Below are positions 50,202 to 62,076 of a DNA stretch of 64,000 nucleotides, piece by piece. Every line of letters begins with the position of its first letter. Position 1 is the first letter of the stretch. Location: contig SMSO01000014.1 of NCBI GenBank assembly GCA_004764695.1, forward strand, positions 4,102,845 through 4,166,844, read 5' to 3'. Made by a program: the position numbers and the translations under genes. Source of the stretch: Schizochytrium sp. TIO01 (lineage: Eukaryota; Protista; Bigyra: Labyrinthulomycetes). Under the pieces are notes generated by a model. It worked only from the letters and a program-made list of their open reading frames with translations. It did no database searches and had not been told where the DNA came from.

Positions 50202-53200
50202 CAGAAATAGAAATTAGTATGATCAACTTTGAACGAAAAAGGAAAAACATTTTACTTTTGATACTATGAAATATAGGTAGCAGGAAAAAGAAAGTAAGAT
50301 GGAAAGAATTTGAGAAAAAAGAATAGAAAAAGGTTTTCCCTCAAAGCTTGCTAAAGGAAATGCTAGCCATCGGGCTGTTCACCTGTTCACAGCTTTAAAA
50401 CATTTTCATCCATCGCAGGGAACACAAAGTCTCCAAGTTTGGAACTTCTTCAAGTTGAGCGAGTGTGTTTGTTTTGAAAGGTATGATCGTGAACCTCTTG
50501 AGCTCAAAACTGCAAATGCCATTTGGGTGGCGTAAGCGTACTACATCGAAGTTCTTACTTGCTTACTTACTTGCTTACTTGCTTACTTGCTTACCACCCT
50601 GATAGGGAAAGATCTTGAAGGTCGCATGATTAGCGGTTTTCGTCCGAGAAAGTCGAGAATGAAACACCCTTGGGAACACGAACCTTTTTAAAGCTAACAA
50701 TCTCTGCGAAGACAAACGATCATCCGATCCGGGATACAAAGGCTACAGTCGGTCGATATTGATGGATGAAGCTCTTGCTGGCGACCTGCAGATAACACGA
50801 CCCTTCGAACTATAGCTCACAATTGTCACCGTGATCAACAAGTCTGAGAAGGATTGCAATGACAGGTGCTTTCGTAGTACTACCTAATACTATGGAACAT
50901 AGGCTGTTGGCGCGTTTTTGAAGGCGGTACCCGCAGCTGTTTTATTCTTTGTATTCATTTTTAAAAAACTTTCTTTCGAATTAAAAACAAATGTTTTTTA
51001 ATTTTATATAAAGTAAGTTGGCACACTCATTTTTAGCCCCCCCAAATTAAAAAATCAAAGGCGAGAGAGAAGTCAGTCGTTCATTGCCATGAAACCGAAA
51101 GTTATCATCGTCAAGAAATCTAGCCTTGAGAGTGTCGCAATGCGATGCATGAGAATCGCGGCCTCACGGGTTTACAACCTTTATTTTAGCGTCCTCGGTG
51201 CATGGACTTGAAGATCTGGGAGTGCATAACAGGAAGATGAGCCTCTGAAGATCCAGATCAACAACGCTTCTGAGTTAAGGCACTCACTTAGTCGAGTGTG
51301 CACACGTCGATCAGTAGTACGCGACGCAGAAGCATCCCGAGCGTCTGCGAGAGAATGCAGCACCTCAAAACTGACACGCGCTGAGTTCATCTCTTGGGCA
51401 GAGCTCGAGGAGACTCAGGATGGGCTTGAAGAGACTGCTTCTGATACTGACTGCTACGCTACTGCGTGAAGAGGCTTGCTTTCTTGGATGATATTGGAGA
51501 CCTGCACCACAACAAGGCTTTACAAAAGCTGTTTCCGATTATAGCGATTACGGAGGCACTCGTTCACAACTTCACAAGAAACCATCTTTCCAAATTCTAA
51601 TTGGTTCACTCAACAACTTGAGTTTGGAGACCTTGAAACCCAAACTTGCCGGGTGAGAAATAAGGTTCCCTTGCACCAAACTAACTTTGTAAAGGCGACC
51701 AGAGTCACTCATTATTGAAGCCTCGAGATCCTTCAGATCGAAGGTAGTGACTGTACTACCGCCATTTAAAACATAGAAGAGGAATTTGGTAATAAAGTAT
51801 TATTACTATGTAGGTAGGTATCCATTTGTTAAAAGTTGGATTTTAATTATTGTTTGTAACCGTTTCTACTAGCTAGTACACTACCATGTACTATCAGTAA
51901 TTAAAAATAATAATGTTAAAAAAAGAAAGAAACACTGGAGGAAGCCGTAGTTGAGTAATAATAACCTGTGCGTTGATGACCATTCGCACTTGCAAATTCC
52001 ATCATCTTTGAACGTTGGTTGCATCCGGTGGTACTACTCTTTGCAAATTCGCTTCGTTTATCAGCACTGCCGGGACTTAGACAACACTGCGATCGATAAT
52101 ATTCCCTCGCTCAGACACCGTCTCGAACGTGCTTTCTTGTGGAAACTAGCGAGCTAGCTATATGGCATCTGCGATATGCACCTTTTCGGCCCTGGCAAGT
52201 ACCAATCGCGCATGACTGACTGCCCACGCAGCGTGACCCCTTCCTACCAATTGTCGAAGGAATGATGCAAACCATCACCAGCGAATTGACAATGGCCATC
52301 CGACTTTCGAAATCAAGGGACAGTTACCAGCTGAGGAAACTCACCACGTTTTTTTGGTTCGAGCGGCACATGATGTCTGAGCATCCTGAGCAAAAGGCTA
52401 CAGCTAAGGATGGCATGAAGGAAGAGATTTAATGTGCTGGAGAATTTTGAACAACCCCCGAAGATGTGGTCAATATCCGCGACACTTAAAGAAGAAGTGA
52501 CAGACAATAGGGCCATGATTTAGAGATGCGTGAATCAGTGAACTATCCGCCGCCTGATAGTACATGGCATCGTCAATGCAAAATGGATCAACGAATGTAA
52601 AGTGAATGCGGTTACTAGAACAAAATTATTGAATCGAGAAAGACAAAGACTTAATTGGTTAGTATCTAACAATAAGGGAAGTATGAAATCATTGATTGCA
52701 GAGCGTTGGTGTTGCTGGAAATCAGTGAGTACCACTCAAGGATTAGGACAATAAAGGAAATCGCGTCAGGCAATCTCTCTAAAGTGATGTCAAGAGAAAC
52801 AAACCTCTCGCTCATAGGAAAAAGGGAGAATTATAAATCGCGTACCGCAACATAGTGACAGTTGTACACTTTGAAAAGATTGGGCGTCTAACATAACATG
52901 GGTGCGTTGATGAGGCCTGCATGGCAAAAAATGTGTATGAGCGTAAAGTTAAATAATTGATCCGCACAGAACCACAAATCGAAAATCAAATAGGGCAGCT
53001 TAATGATGCGGTTGCAGTGAACTTCTTCTTAGACTCGAATTTCCAAGTCCTTCTCTTGATTCATATAGTATTCCTCTCAGTCATCTCAAGCTCTTGACGC
53101 TCGAAGGAGACTCTACTAAATTGATGTCGGTGGTGCTCTTACTGATTATTTCATCTTTTCTTGCTCTACAAAATGCGATAGATATTCTGATCCGAAAAAT

Positions 53201-54030
53201 CGCGTACCAGAGTGATTCCAGTTTCTTTCGACAACAACCCATTGAGCCATTTGATTTCAAGGAATGCTTTACTGAGTTTGCGAAAGCTGAATATAAGTAT
53301 GTTGGCTTGTGAGACTATTTCACACGTGGTATGATAGTGCTAGACTCTGTATAATTTCTCCGGAAGAAACTTCTGTATTCCGCTCTAACTTCATTTGCAT
53401 AGAAGTAGCTTCAGTGGTCGAACCGAAGTTTTGGTACCTAGAGCAGATGAAGTCATCTGTTAACTAGGTATGTCTTATGTGTACAAAACTTTATAACTAA
53501 ATCTAAGTCAGGGATATTAGAATTGAGTTTCTAATCCTAAGCAGAAACACTACAAGGTAGGTGTGTTGGGCAATAGTTCCAATGAGTCAAAGGGAACATA
53601 ATAACTACTTCAATATAATTTCATAAAAGTCTCCTCGTTGAAGATTTAAAAAGTTTAGGTAGGTGCATCATTCGAGTAACTAATTACGGTTAACTGAAAT
53701 CCAGGAAATGCAAAAAACGACAAATGCAAAGTATCGTAAAGACACTCTTTATCATCCTGCATCTTGACGCAAACCATTTCACAAGCACTTGTCTCTACTA
53801 CAAGATCATCTGCTGATTCTTCAATTCATTGTTTATCCATGATCCTTTTCCCATACGAGATGCCTCTCTGGTAATCCAAAACGCGCGGGATAGCATGCAA
53901 GTATATATTCCAAGAAAAATAGAAGAATCCTCTGTGTAAAATATCGCAGTTTCGTCAAAGTAGTCGAGAGTATTTGCACGGTTGATACAACTCACATTCG
54001 ACTATACGCAAGGTTTCTGCAACACTATTA

Positions 54031-54507
54031 TTAGCAATCGTCGTCTGTATACCTGGTCATACCACACTGAGGGCATGAGTAAGTACGACGGTAGCATGAA
54101 GGCATCAGAAGCGGCAAGAAGAAGAGTGGCCAAAACACAAAGAGCAAGAGAATGATGAAGATGATCTGTCGCATTGAGATCGAACTCGAAGATCGAACGG
54201 GTGCCGAGTTCGAACCACATCCGGGGCAAGCACCTGCATTATAATAAACGGGCGTTTGCGTGGTAATCACGACTTGCGGTGGTGTAGGCGGATACGAGTT
54301 CACGTAAACAGGACTTTGCTGGTATCCCGGCTGGTATCCCGGTTGCTGATACCCCTGTTGTTGATACCCCTGTTGTTGATACCCCTGTTGGCTATTTTGA
54401 GCATAGTATACCGATTGGCTCTGGTTCACAGGAGTGGCCACATACGTCTGCTCTCCATTGTATCCACTCTTCACGGGCACTGCTACAGCTTCCGCAGTGT
54501 GCGACAT
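54031..54507 (-). CDS. LITAF-domain membrane-associated zinc-binding protein (paralogue 2)
   Basis: GYQQQ repeats; CPGC...IIFIILLLFVFWPLFFLPLLMPSCY...SCPQC. ATG at 54507 (MSHTAE). Confidence 0.87.
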   Translation of the reverse strand: MSHTAEAVAVPVKSGYNGEQTYVATPVNQSQSVYYAQNSQQGYQQQGYQQQGYQQPGYQPGYQQSPVYVNSYPPTPPQVVITTQTPVYYNAGACPGCGSNSAPVRSSSSISMRQIIFIILLLFVFWPLFFLPLLMPSCYRRTYSCPQCGMTRYTDDDC

Positions 54508-56780
54508 GTTGAGACTTCGTGACAATAAAAATGTAGCGTTCGGTGCCCCCACGAGTCTTCTTTACAAAGAATTGCCTCTCGCAGTGAAGGTCTTTGCTGG
54601 GCAAGCTAATAGTTTGCGAGCTCTTGTTAAACCGCGGTGTTCAATATTTTGCTTAGCTGCTACCAAGGAACGTGCGAAGCACGTGAAAGCTGAGCTGGTA
54701 CGAAGTAACAACGTAACTACTAAAGCGGAAGCTTTGTTTCGAGTCTTTGCGTTGCTGTGCAGCAAGCGGTCAACCTAGGTAGGCTCCCGCTCTGAGACCA
54801 GGGTCCTAACCTAATAAAGTTGCGGGTTTGGCTGATTGGAGAGAGTTTTAGTTTCTTCTGCACTTGATAGATTCAGTACTCTTTCGCACACCAGTTTTCG
54901 ATGGCGTAGATTGGAAAAAGGTGGTCAACGTAGATCTCCTACACTGCCCAAATGCGACGGCAAAACGAAGTACGTAGCGTTTGTTGCCTGACTCCAATGC
55001 TCTTCCACAGGGGCCTTTGCGTAATCAAGGTCTGCAGCGTAAGAGGCGGTCAAAACTAATCGCTACGAGCCAGCATTGCGTGTCCTATAGTTTATCCTAG
55101 GTAATCTCCATTTTTTTTTTCGTGTCCAACTGGAAATGTCGCCTTCTTTCTTTTGGGGGCTGTCGTGCAATTGTACGAAAGGTGAGCCAGCAACGTCTGG
55201 AGTTTGGGGGTCTGCCTATGGATATTCGCACAAGGATCGACTTGCCTCGAGCTAGGTTCTATCCAAGATACTGGGTCTCGTGGCGATGTACTTTTACTGT
55301 AAACACGAGCAGTTTGGGATGGCTTGGGGCCAAATTCGGTGCCAAATGTGGCCTAAGAGCGGTAGTGAAGTGACGCAGTTTGGGAGTAGCACAAGGCTGG
55401 AGAAATACCCTCATCATATTGCAGGGAACAGCCGATGCGGTTGCGAGCGAGAAGAAAAGTGCCTGAAGTAATGTCCAGTTTCAACTTGATCGTCGCCATT
55501 ACAGAGGATATCAGATGAATGGCATGCACGTACACACTCCCTCTTTCAGGTACTCCGTATCTAGTACATTGCCTACGAGGTTCCTACGAGTGGTAATTAT
55601 AATACATTTCCACTACCAAGATCATTGAACTTGGGCTCGATTATTGGTGTAGAGTGCATGCTTGCATCGACACCCCTGCATCTGGAAGAAATTAATAAAA
55701 GTTGAATTCTGTTTTCATTCAATTGAATCTTCTGTATCAGAAGGTCATGCATGGTAGCATTCCTTTTTGGAGGCGGTGTGCATTCTATCATTACAACAGT
55801 CAATGGTAGTACCCTACCTTATAACATCTGAAGAGTAGGCTAACGCGCAGAAGTGCAAAGTACCCATATAATCACTGTACAGCAGGCAATTCAAGGATAC
55901 AAGGGACCTCCAATATTCTTTCCGGATGACTGAGATGCTCTATTTATCGTTTGGAAGAGAGACTTGACCATGGTTTGCTCTAGCTTCTTGAAATATACAA
56001 AAATTGGTCTTTGTGAGTCAGATTGAAAAAATATCAATCTAGAACATACGCTAACTAACCAGCCCCTGAAAATGTTTGAAACTAGAAGTTTATATTTTGT
56101 TCATTAACCCCGTGTCTCACAAGAGTGATATATAGAAGTGATGTGCAAAATCGAAGAGACAATCTAACTATCGATTCGTATCGTAGTTCTGAAAACCAGA
56201 AACTAGATTGAACTTTTATTATTGCCTAAACCTAACTCAAGGAATTGTCTCGACAACAAGCGAATATACATGAATCAATGGGTTTCAATAAATATATATA
56301 TAAATGTATTTCTCAGAGCCTCAAAATTCCTTAGCGTTAAGTTTGCTTTTCTTCCCAAAAGACTCAACTTGCTATGTATCGATGGCATTGTTATCTAATA
56401 TCATAACGATGAACCATAGTACAGCTTTGCTATAGTTATTTATCACATTTCCTTACTGTTTTTTTGTTTTGTTTTTTTCACTTCATCAATACTGAAATAG
56501 AGAAAAGTCAACAGCAGATGCACCATCAGAAGACTCAACCTATCTGCATTTCTCTGGTCTGCAACCCCTACTGATAGCTTGATTATCCACCGCAAGCGAA
56601 AAGAGTGTTATTTTTTATTTGAAAAAAATAATTAAAAAATTAAGAATCGTTCCATTCAAAACAACCGGATTTTGCATTGTAAATTTATATAAACCTCTAT
56701 CTCAAGTGTGGATCGAGGCAACTCGTCTCGCCAGGCTTTCGTATTGCCATTTCGCCCTGGAAACCCACTCCCTCCTGGCC

Positions 56781-59700
56781 ATGATGCCCCAGGAGGAGGA
56801 AGAGGCATCCTCGGGTGCTTCTTTGAATGTGGGAATCAGCGGTGGGCTGGGGTCTCAGACAGCGAGTTTGCTGGATTTCCATCGCGAGATGCTCTCCCGT
56901 GCACTTGAGGACGACTGCTTGATGGTCTGTGCAAAGGGCCTTGGCCACCAAGTCATTATTACTAAGCTTGTCCAGCTCTACTGCCAGCGCGTGGACCACG
57001 CACGCGCCGTTCAAGCCAAGCGTGTCCCTCTGGTCTTCGTGGTCAACGCTTCGGACCAAGCTGAGGCTCTTCAAAGAGCCGTGGTAGAGCGCGGAGGTGC
57101 TGAGTCTCGCTGTAGTCCACCCATAGTCGTAACCAACAAACTCACAAGTGGCGCACGCAGGTCACTATATTTAGAGGGAGGCTGCTTTGTAGTGACATCA
57201 CGGATCATGGTGGTGGACCTGCTCTCGGGCGTCGTGGATCTAGATCGGGTTACGGGCGTTTTGGTGGATGGGGCTCATAAAGTCACAGATAAGTCCAATG
57301 CAGGATTCATCTTGAACATCCTCAGGGCGTCGTCAGCGTTTACTGGGTTTGTCAAAGCGTTCTCGGATGCACCCGAGGCGCTGAGCGCCAAGTTTGGATT
57401 CCTGGCACAGGTAATGAGCACGCTTGGGGTTAACAAACTACACCTCTGGCCAAGGTTCCATCTTTCAGTGCGAACAGAACTAGACAAACATAGACCTATC
57501 GTTGCAGACTTTGGACAGCCACTGACCGATCTCATGGCAGCCATACAGAGAGAATTGGTCACACTCCTCGAAATGTGCCTCAAGGAACTGCGTAAGACGC
57601 AGAACCTTGACGTGTCAGGACTAACCGTCGAGAACGGTTTATTTCGTTCCTTTGAAGTTACACTGCGTCGTCAACTTGATCCTCTCTGGCACAAAGTTGG
57701 ACGCAAGACCAAACAATTAGTTTACGATGTTGGTGTTCTACGGCGCTTACTGCCAGATTTGCTAAGACTTGACGCCGTTACCTTCTTGCGTGTCTTGGAT
57801 GGTATTCGCGAAGAGGTCAGTGGAAATCAAGCTCCTTCACTTTGGCTGCTTACAGATGCTGCAGACCGAATGTTCCGATATGCTCGCACCCGGGTCTTGC
57901 GGACTCCCAAACTCAAGACAAAGCGTTCAGCACAGGACCTTGCGGAAGTGGACCCACTGTCTCTCCTAGTTACCACGGTTTTGGACGAGACTGGTCAGCA
58001 ACAAACTAAGTTGAAAATTGATGTGGAGGAGAATCCTAAATTTGGATTGCTTCGTCACGTCCTGGATGAAATCCGTGCCATGTTGAAAGACAAGCCAACT
58101 CACCCTTTGCAAGTAGCTGCCGGCGGCGCTGAGGTTGTTATATTTTGCCACGACGAACTCACTGCGCGCGACATTCGTGGTCGCCTTCGTGAAAGAGACG
58201 TTAAGGAGGTTCACGACCGTCGCCTTGAAACTTATCTCCGCCTGCGATTTAGAAAGTGGTGCAGTGCGAATGGATGCAAGCTATTACTCGAAGACTCAGT
58301 TAATGTAAACACGCTAAAAAGCGTGTTGACGGCATTGTACCGTGGGCCACGAGCTGGAACTAAGTCAAACTTAGGATCCGCTGGGCAGAACTGCGACCCT
58401 TCTGCTCCTGAAAGGGAGGCCACTTCCTCAACCTTGGCTGCAGAATCTGACGAAGCAGGTTCTGTGAGTTTTCTGGCAGCTTCAAAGGCATCCACAGAAA
58501 CGCGTCTTTTGCTTTCAGAGCATGTGCGTAGGTTGCTAAAGTACAAAACGGAGGTTGTTGATCTGCTTAAAGAGGAATATGGAGAGGAAGAAGGCGCACA
58601 AGGACGGTCTTCCAGGGGGAAGACTTCAAAAACAACTTTTAAACAAGAGTCTGCTGTTTGGTCTCCTCGTGCTCAAGTTATGGTATTCCCAATCCAAGGC
58701 GGTGATGGAGCAAGCGAACTTCTCGATATCCTTGAGCAGAATCGTCCTCGTGTTGTAGTCATGTTTGAGCCAGATGTGGAAGCAGTGCGAACGGTAGAAC
58801 TGTTTGAGGCATCTCGTGCAAGGGCACATAGTAGTCAAGTTGCCCGTGAACCTATTCAAATGTACTTTTTACAATATCAAGACTCTGTAGAGGAGCAACG
58901 CTACTTGTCCGATCTAAAGCGCGAACAAGACACTTTCCGGAAGCTTATTGATGAAAAGGCCGGACTAGTCATTGCCTCTGCATCTCAAGGCAGGTTTGGG
59001 GAGAACAAAAATGCCACAGCGTTACAAGACGATATTCTCACCCAAAGTAAAACCATTGTAGGTTACAATGTAAGTACAGGTGAACCTATCTTTGCTAGTC
59101 AAATGAACCGTCCACGCAACACTAAAGCACCAGTTGTTCCCCGCATTATAGTGGATATGCGAGAATTTCGTAGTGCATTGCCCTCGCTTCTTCATAAGAG
59201 CGGAATTCATGTTGAACCAGCCACACTCGAGGTGGGTGATTATATCTTGGCACCTGAAATCTGCATCGAGCGGAAAAGTATTCCTGATTTGCATGGCTCC
59301 TTCAATTCGGGCCGACTCTTCACTCAAGCTGAGGCAATGTGCAAATATTACAAAAGGCCAAATCTGTTGATTGAGTTTGATGAGGATAAACCATTTAGTC
59401 TGCAGGCAGTAACAGACATTTCTACTGAAATATCCCATTCTAACATTTTGTCTAAGATGGTATTGCTGACGACGCACTTTCCTGACTTGCGGCTCTTGTG
59501 GTCACCAAGTCCCCACGCGACTGTAGATCTATTCAAGTTGATGAAAACAAATTATGATAACCCTGATGTGGCTACTGCAGTCGGAATTGGTATGCCTGAT
59601 AATGTAGATGGTACTGTACCATCCTCAAGTATTGCTGATGAACTATCAAAAGGGCCTGAGGGTGGCTCGTCGTCTGCGTCATCTATCATGCAGCACACAG

Positions 59701-59999
59701 CAACTTTGACCGTACCTATGCCAGAAGCAACGGGTCAAAAGCTCCCACAAAATCAACAGGAAGGTAACATTTCAGCGCAGGAGGTTTTGCGTAGACTTCC
59801 TGGCATTTCTGTGCACAACGTAGGCAAAGTTTTGAGTAACGTTCGTAACCTACGGGAGCTGAGTATGATGTCGGTGGACGAATTAGCGCCTTTGATTGGT
59901 CGTATAAATGCTGTTCAGTTGTTTAAGTTTTTCAACCAAGAGCCTGATGATGCTGACGGAGAGACGTTCATGGCAAACGTTCCGGTAGCAGTGGACTAA
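56781..59999 (+). CDS. ERCC4: DNA repair endonuclease XPF (ERCC4/Rad1)
   Basis: Helicase-like N-terminus (GGCFVVTSRIMVVDLL, LHLWPRFH, EENPK); nuclease IVDMREFRSALP, GDYIL, CIERKSIPDL; C-terminal HhH LRRLPGI. ATG at 56781. Confidence 0.96.
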   Translation: MMPQEEEEASSGASLNVGISGGLGSQTASLLDFHREMLSRALEDDCLMVCAKGLGHQVIITKLVQLYCQRVDHARAVQAKRVPLVFVVNASDQAEALQRAVVERGGAESRCSPPIVVTNKLTSGARRSLYLEGGCFVVTSRIMVVDLLSGVVDLDRVTGVLVDGAHKVTDKSNAGFILNILRASSAFTGFVKAFSDAPEALSAKFGFLAQVMSTLGVNKLHLWPRFHLSVRTELDKHRPIVADFGQPLTDLMAAIQRELVTLLEMCLKELRKTQNLDVSGLTVENGLFRSFEVTLRRQLDPLWHKVGRKTKQLVYDVGVLRRLLPDLLRLDAVTFLRVLDGIREEVSGNQAPSLWLLTDAADRMFRYARTRVLRTPKLKTKRSAQDLAEVDPLSLLVTTVLDETGQQQTKLKIDVEENPKFGLLRHVLDEIRAMLKDKPTHPLQVAAGGAEVVIFCHDELTARDIRGRLRERDVKEVHDRRLETYLRLRFRKWCSANGCKLLLEDSVNVNTLKSVLTALYRGPRAGTKSNLGSAGQNCDPSAPEREATSSTLAAESDEAGSVSFLAASKASTETRLLLSEHVRRLLKYKTEVVDLLKEEYGEEEGAQGRSSRGKTSKTTFKQESAVWSPRAQVMVFPIQGGDGASELLDILEQNRPRVVVMFEPDVEAVRTVELFEASRARAHSSQVAREPIQMYFLQYQDSVEEQRYLSDLKREQDTFRKLIDEKAGLVIASASQGRFGENKNATALQDDILTQSKTIVGYNVSTGEPIFASQMNRPRNTKAPVVPRIIVDMREFRSALPSLLHKSGIHVEPATLEVGDYILAPEICIERKSIPDLHGSFNSGRLFTQAEAMCKYYKRPNLLIEFDEDKPFSLQAVTDISTEISHSNILSKMVLLTTHFPDLRLLWSPSPHATVDLFKLMKTNYDNPDVATAVGIGMPDNVDGTVPSSSIADELSKGPEGGSSSASSIMQHTATLTVPMPEATGQKLPQNQQEGNISAQEVLRRLPGISVHNVGKVLSNVRNLRELSMMSVDELAPLIGRINAVQLFKFFNQEPDDADGETFMANVPVAVD

Positions 60000-60514
60000 A
60001 TGCTGTCTTTTATATTTAAAATCCCCGTAAAGATAGGGCATGACATAGGTTCTATTGATGCCGATATTACCTTTGAAACTGAATGAGTACAATCACATAA
60101 CAATATGTATAGTAATGAGTTAAAAAAATTAATCCACTTCACTTTCTAAGGTGACTTTCATGTGTTGTTTTACCGCCATTCCTCTAGTCGCAAAAGTATA
60201 CTTCGCATCATTATACGTGCAAGTTAAAAATTAAATGATCGATTGGTTGATATAAAGGTTCTGTGGAGACTATGAATTAAATCAGACATTGAGAATCTAT
60301 GCATAAAACTGGGGGTTCATTGTAATCCAGTATGGAAAGGTAAAAAATATGACGTAGAATTGCTTCCTTTCGGCGTATTCGATATACGAAAAATTCATTA
60401 GGATTGAAGAGATTCACGCAAAGCAGACTTTGAGCGCTAAAAAAATTGAACAGAGGCTGTTTACGGAGAGCTCTCCTTACAAAACAGAATAAAAGGATTC
60501 CTAGAAGACCTAGC

Positions 60515-61723
60515 CTATCGAACGACTCTTCTGATGCACATAAAATCGTAGACCTGGCATTTTACATCTTCCGGGTTAGAGGGCTCTGCTTCTTTGTTTG
60601 TAGTGACATGGCGATATCCTGGGTAATCACGGAAGTTAAATGGTCGAAGGCCTACGAGCCCAAAACCACTAGGTTTGGCCTGCTCTTCAACTTCCCAGGA
60701 GCTGTAAGGTGGGCCTGCCTTCAACGTCACCTCCACACGTCCACCTGGATTAAGCATTTCCACAGCACTAGCAAAAAAGTCTCTCAACAGCGCTCTGTTG
60801 TCGTGCACGCGTTGCAATCCAGTATGGGGGAAGTTGAAAATAATACGGTCATATGGTTCATCAGCCTCATCTTCGTATTCATCCCCGTCACGGTCACGCA
60901 AGGTTTCTCTGAGGTCTGTAGCGTCAACACCATGTTTTACTATGCAGTGGTTCATGTCTTCAAGTGCCTTGAGCGTTGCCTGCGCAGCTTTTCCATACTT
61001 GCGTACCACGAGCGCTCGTGTGTCAAATGACGTGCAGACCATCTCAATATTTGATTGAGCCTTGAGCTTCTTTGCAAGGGCATGCGAAAAGGAAAAGTTG
61101 CCGTCGCCAACAACAAGTACCCGAACTCCCTTACGTGCCGACTGTCGTTGTTTGTGCAGAATTTTCGTTGCATCGTTTGATTTCGTTGACGTTTCCTTTG
61201 CTGGTGCAGTTTCCGTGTGCTCCCCCTGCTGTTGTTGCTGTTTCTGGGTCTTCTGCTGCTTTCGCTCCATTTTGCGAAGTTTCTTGCGATCTTTGCGCAT
61301 CTGCTTCCGTGACATGGTCGCTTCTGACGAAGTCACTAGTTCACCACCATCTGCGGTAGCTTTGGGTTTAATGTTTCTCGATTTGGGAGGTTCAGGCACG
61401 GACTTAACGAAGACAGAACCAGGAGAAGTCTGGGCGACGACCTTGCCTCGCCGGACCTTTTTGGCTGAAGGTGGTGTCTCCACTGCTTGGCGAGTTTCAT
61501 GATCATGATTTTCAGTTACCTTTCGTGATAATTGTGACGCTGCATTAGGCAACTGTCCATTGGTCTTATTTTCGCGGTCTTCGCGAGGACGCTTTTTCTT
61601 CGCATTGTTATCACCTTGACCACTGTTGGTGCTCACGAAGGGTTTTAGTTGAACTTCATCCTCGGTCTTCTTCTTAATCTTTTTGTGGCTATTCTTGCCC
61701 TGCTTACGTGCCCAAGGAAGCAT
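60515..61723 (-). CDS. BMT5: BMT5-like (DUF2431) 25S rRNA uridine-N3 methyltransferase
   Basis: VLVVGDGNFSFS, CTSFDT, HGVDAT, DRIIFNFPHTG, PYSSWEV, YPGYRH; basic low-complexity N-terminus. Confidence 0.85.
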   Translation of the reverse strand: MLPWARKQGKNSHKKIKKKTEDEVQLKPFVSTNSGQGDNNAKKKRPREDRENKTNGQLPNAASQLSRKVTENHDHETRQAVETPPSAKKVRRGKVVAQTSPGSVFVKSVPEPPKSRNIKPKATADGGELVTSSEATMSRKQMRKDRKKLRKMERKQQKTQKQQQQQGEHTETAPAKETSTKSNDATKILHKQRQSARKGVRVLVVGDGNFSFSHALAKKLKAQSNIEMVCTSFDTRALVVRKYGKAAQATLKALEDMNHCIVKHGVDATDLRETLRDRDGDEYEDEADEPYDRIIFNFPHTGLQRVHDNRALLRDFFASAVEMLNPGGRVEVTLKAGPPYSSWEVEEQAKPSGFGLVGLRPFNFRDYPGYRHVTTNKEAEPSNPEDVKCQVYDFMCIRRVVR

Positions 61724-62076
61724 ATTTGGCTCCTGCCACTGTTCACAGGCCTTTCAAATTGCCCGATACAAGCGCGCTTGCGTAGCACCCGAGGTTGGTC
61801 GAGCCATCAAATTCTGTTGGTCCCAGCCACTCTTGCGTTCTTGCATCGCAAATTTGACATGGAGAAGCGTTGGAAATTCTCATTCGAAAAATCACCTGAA
61901 AATTTTCGTTGGAAAGTACTTTGTTTGAGACAGTCATTATCAAAATCAGCAAAAAGCGGCGAAAGCAAACGCAATACGCAAGCTCTGCGGAGCGAGCGAG
62001 AGCACGGTGGCTCTACGCTCAACTGCTGAGCCCCCCTTGGGCGCTTTGGCGGCGACCACGTTCTATTTGCGAAGCA
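61724..62076. promoter_or_regulatory. Short bidirectional promoter (BMT5-like / MED6)
   Basis: Head-to-head ATGs ~350 bp apart; contains TGAAAATTTT at 61897-61906. Confidence 0.55.
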
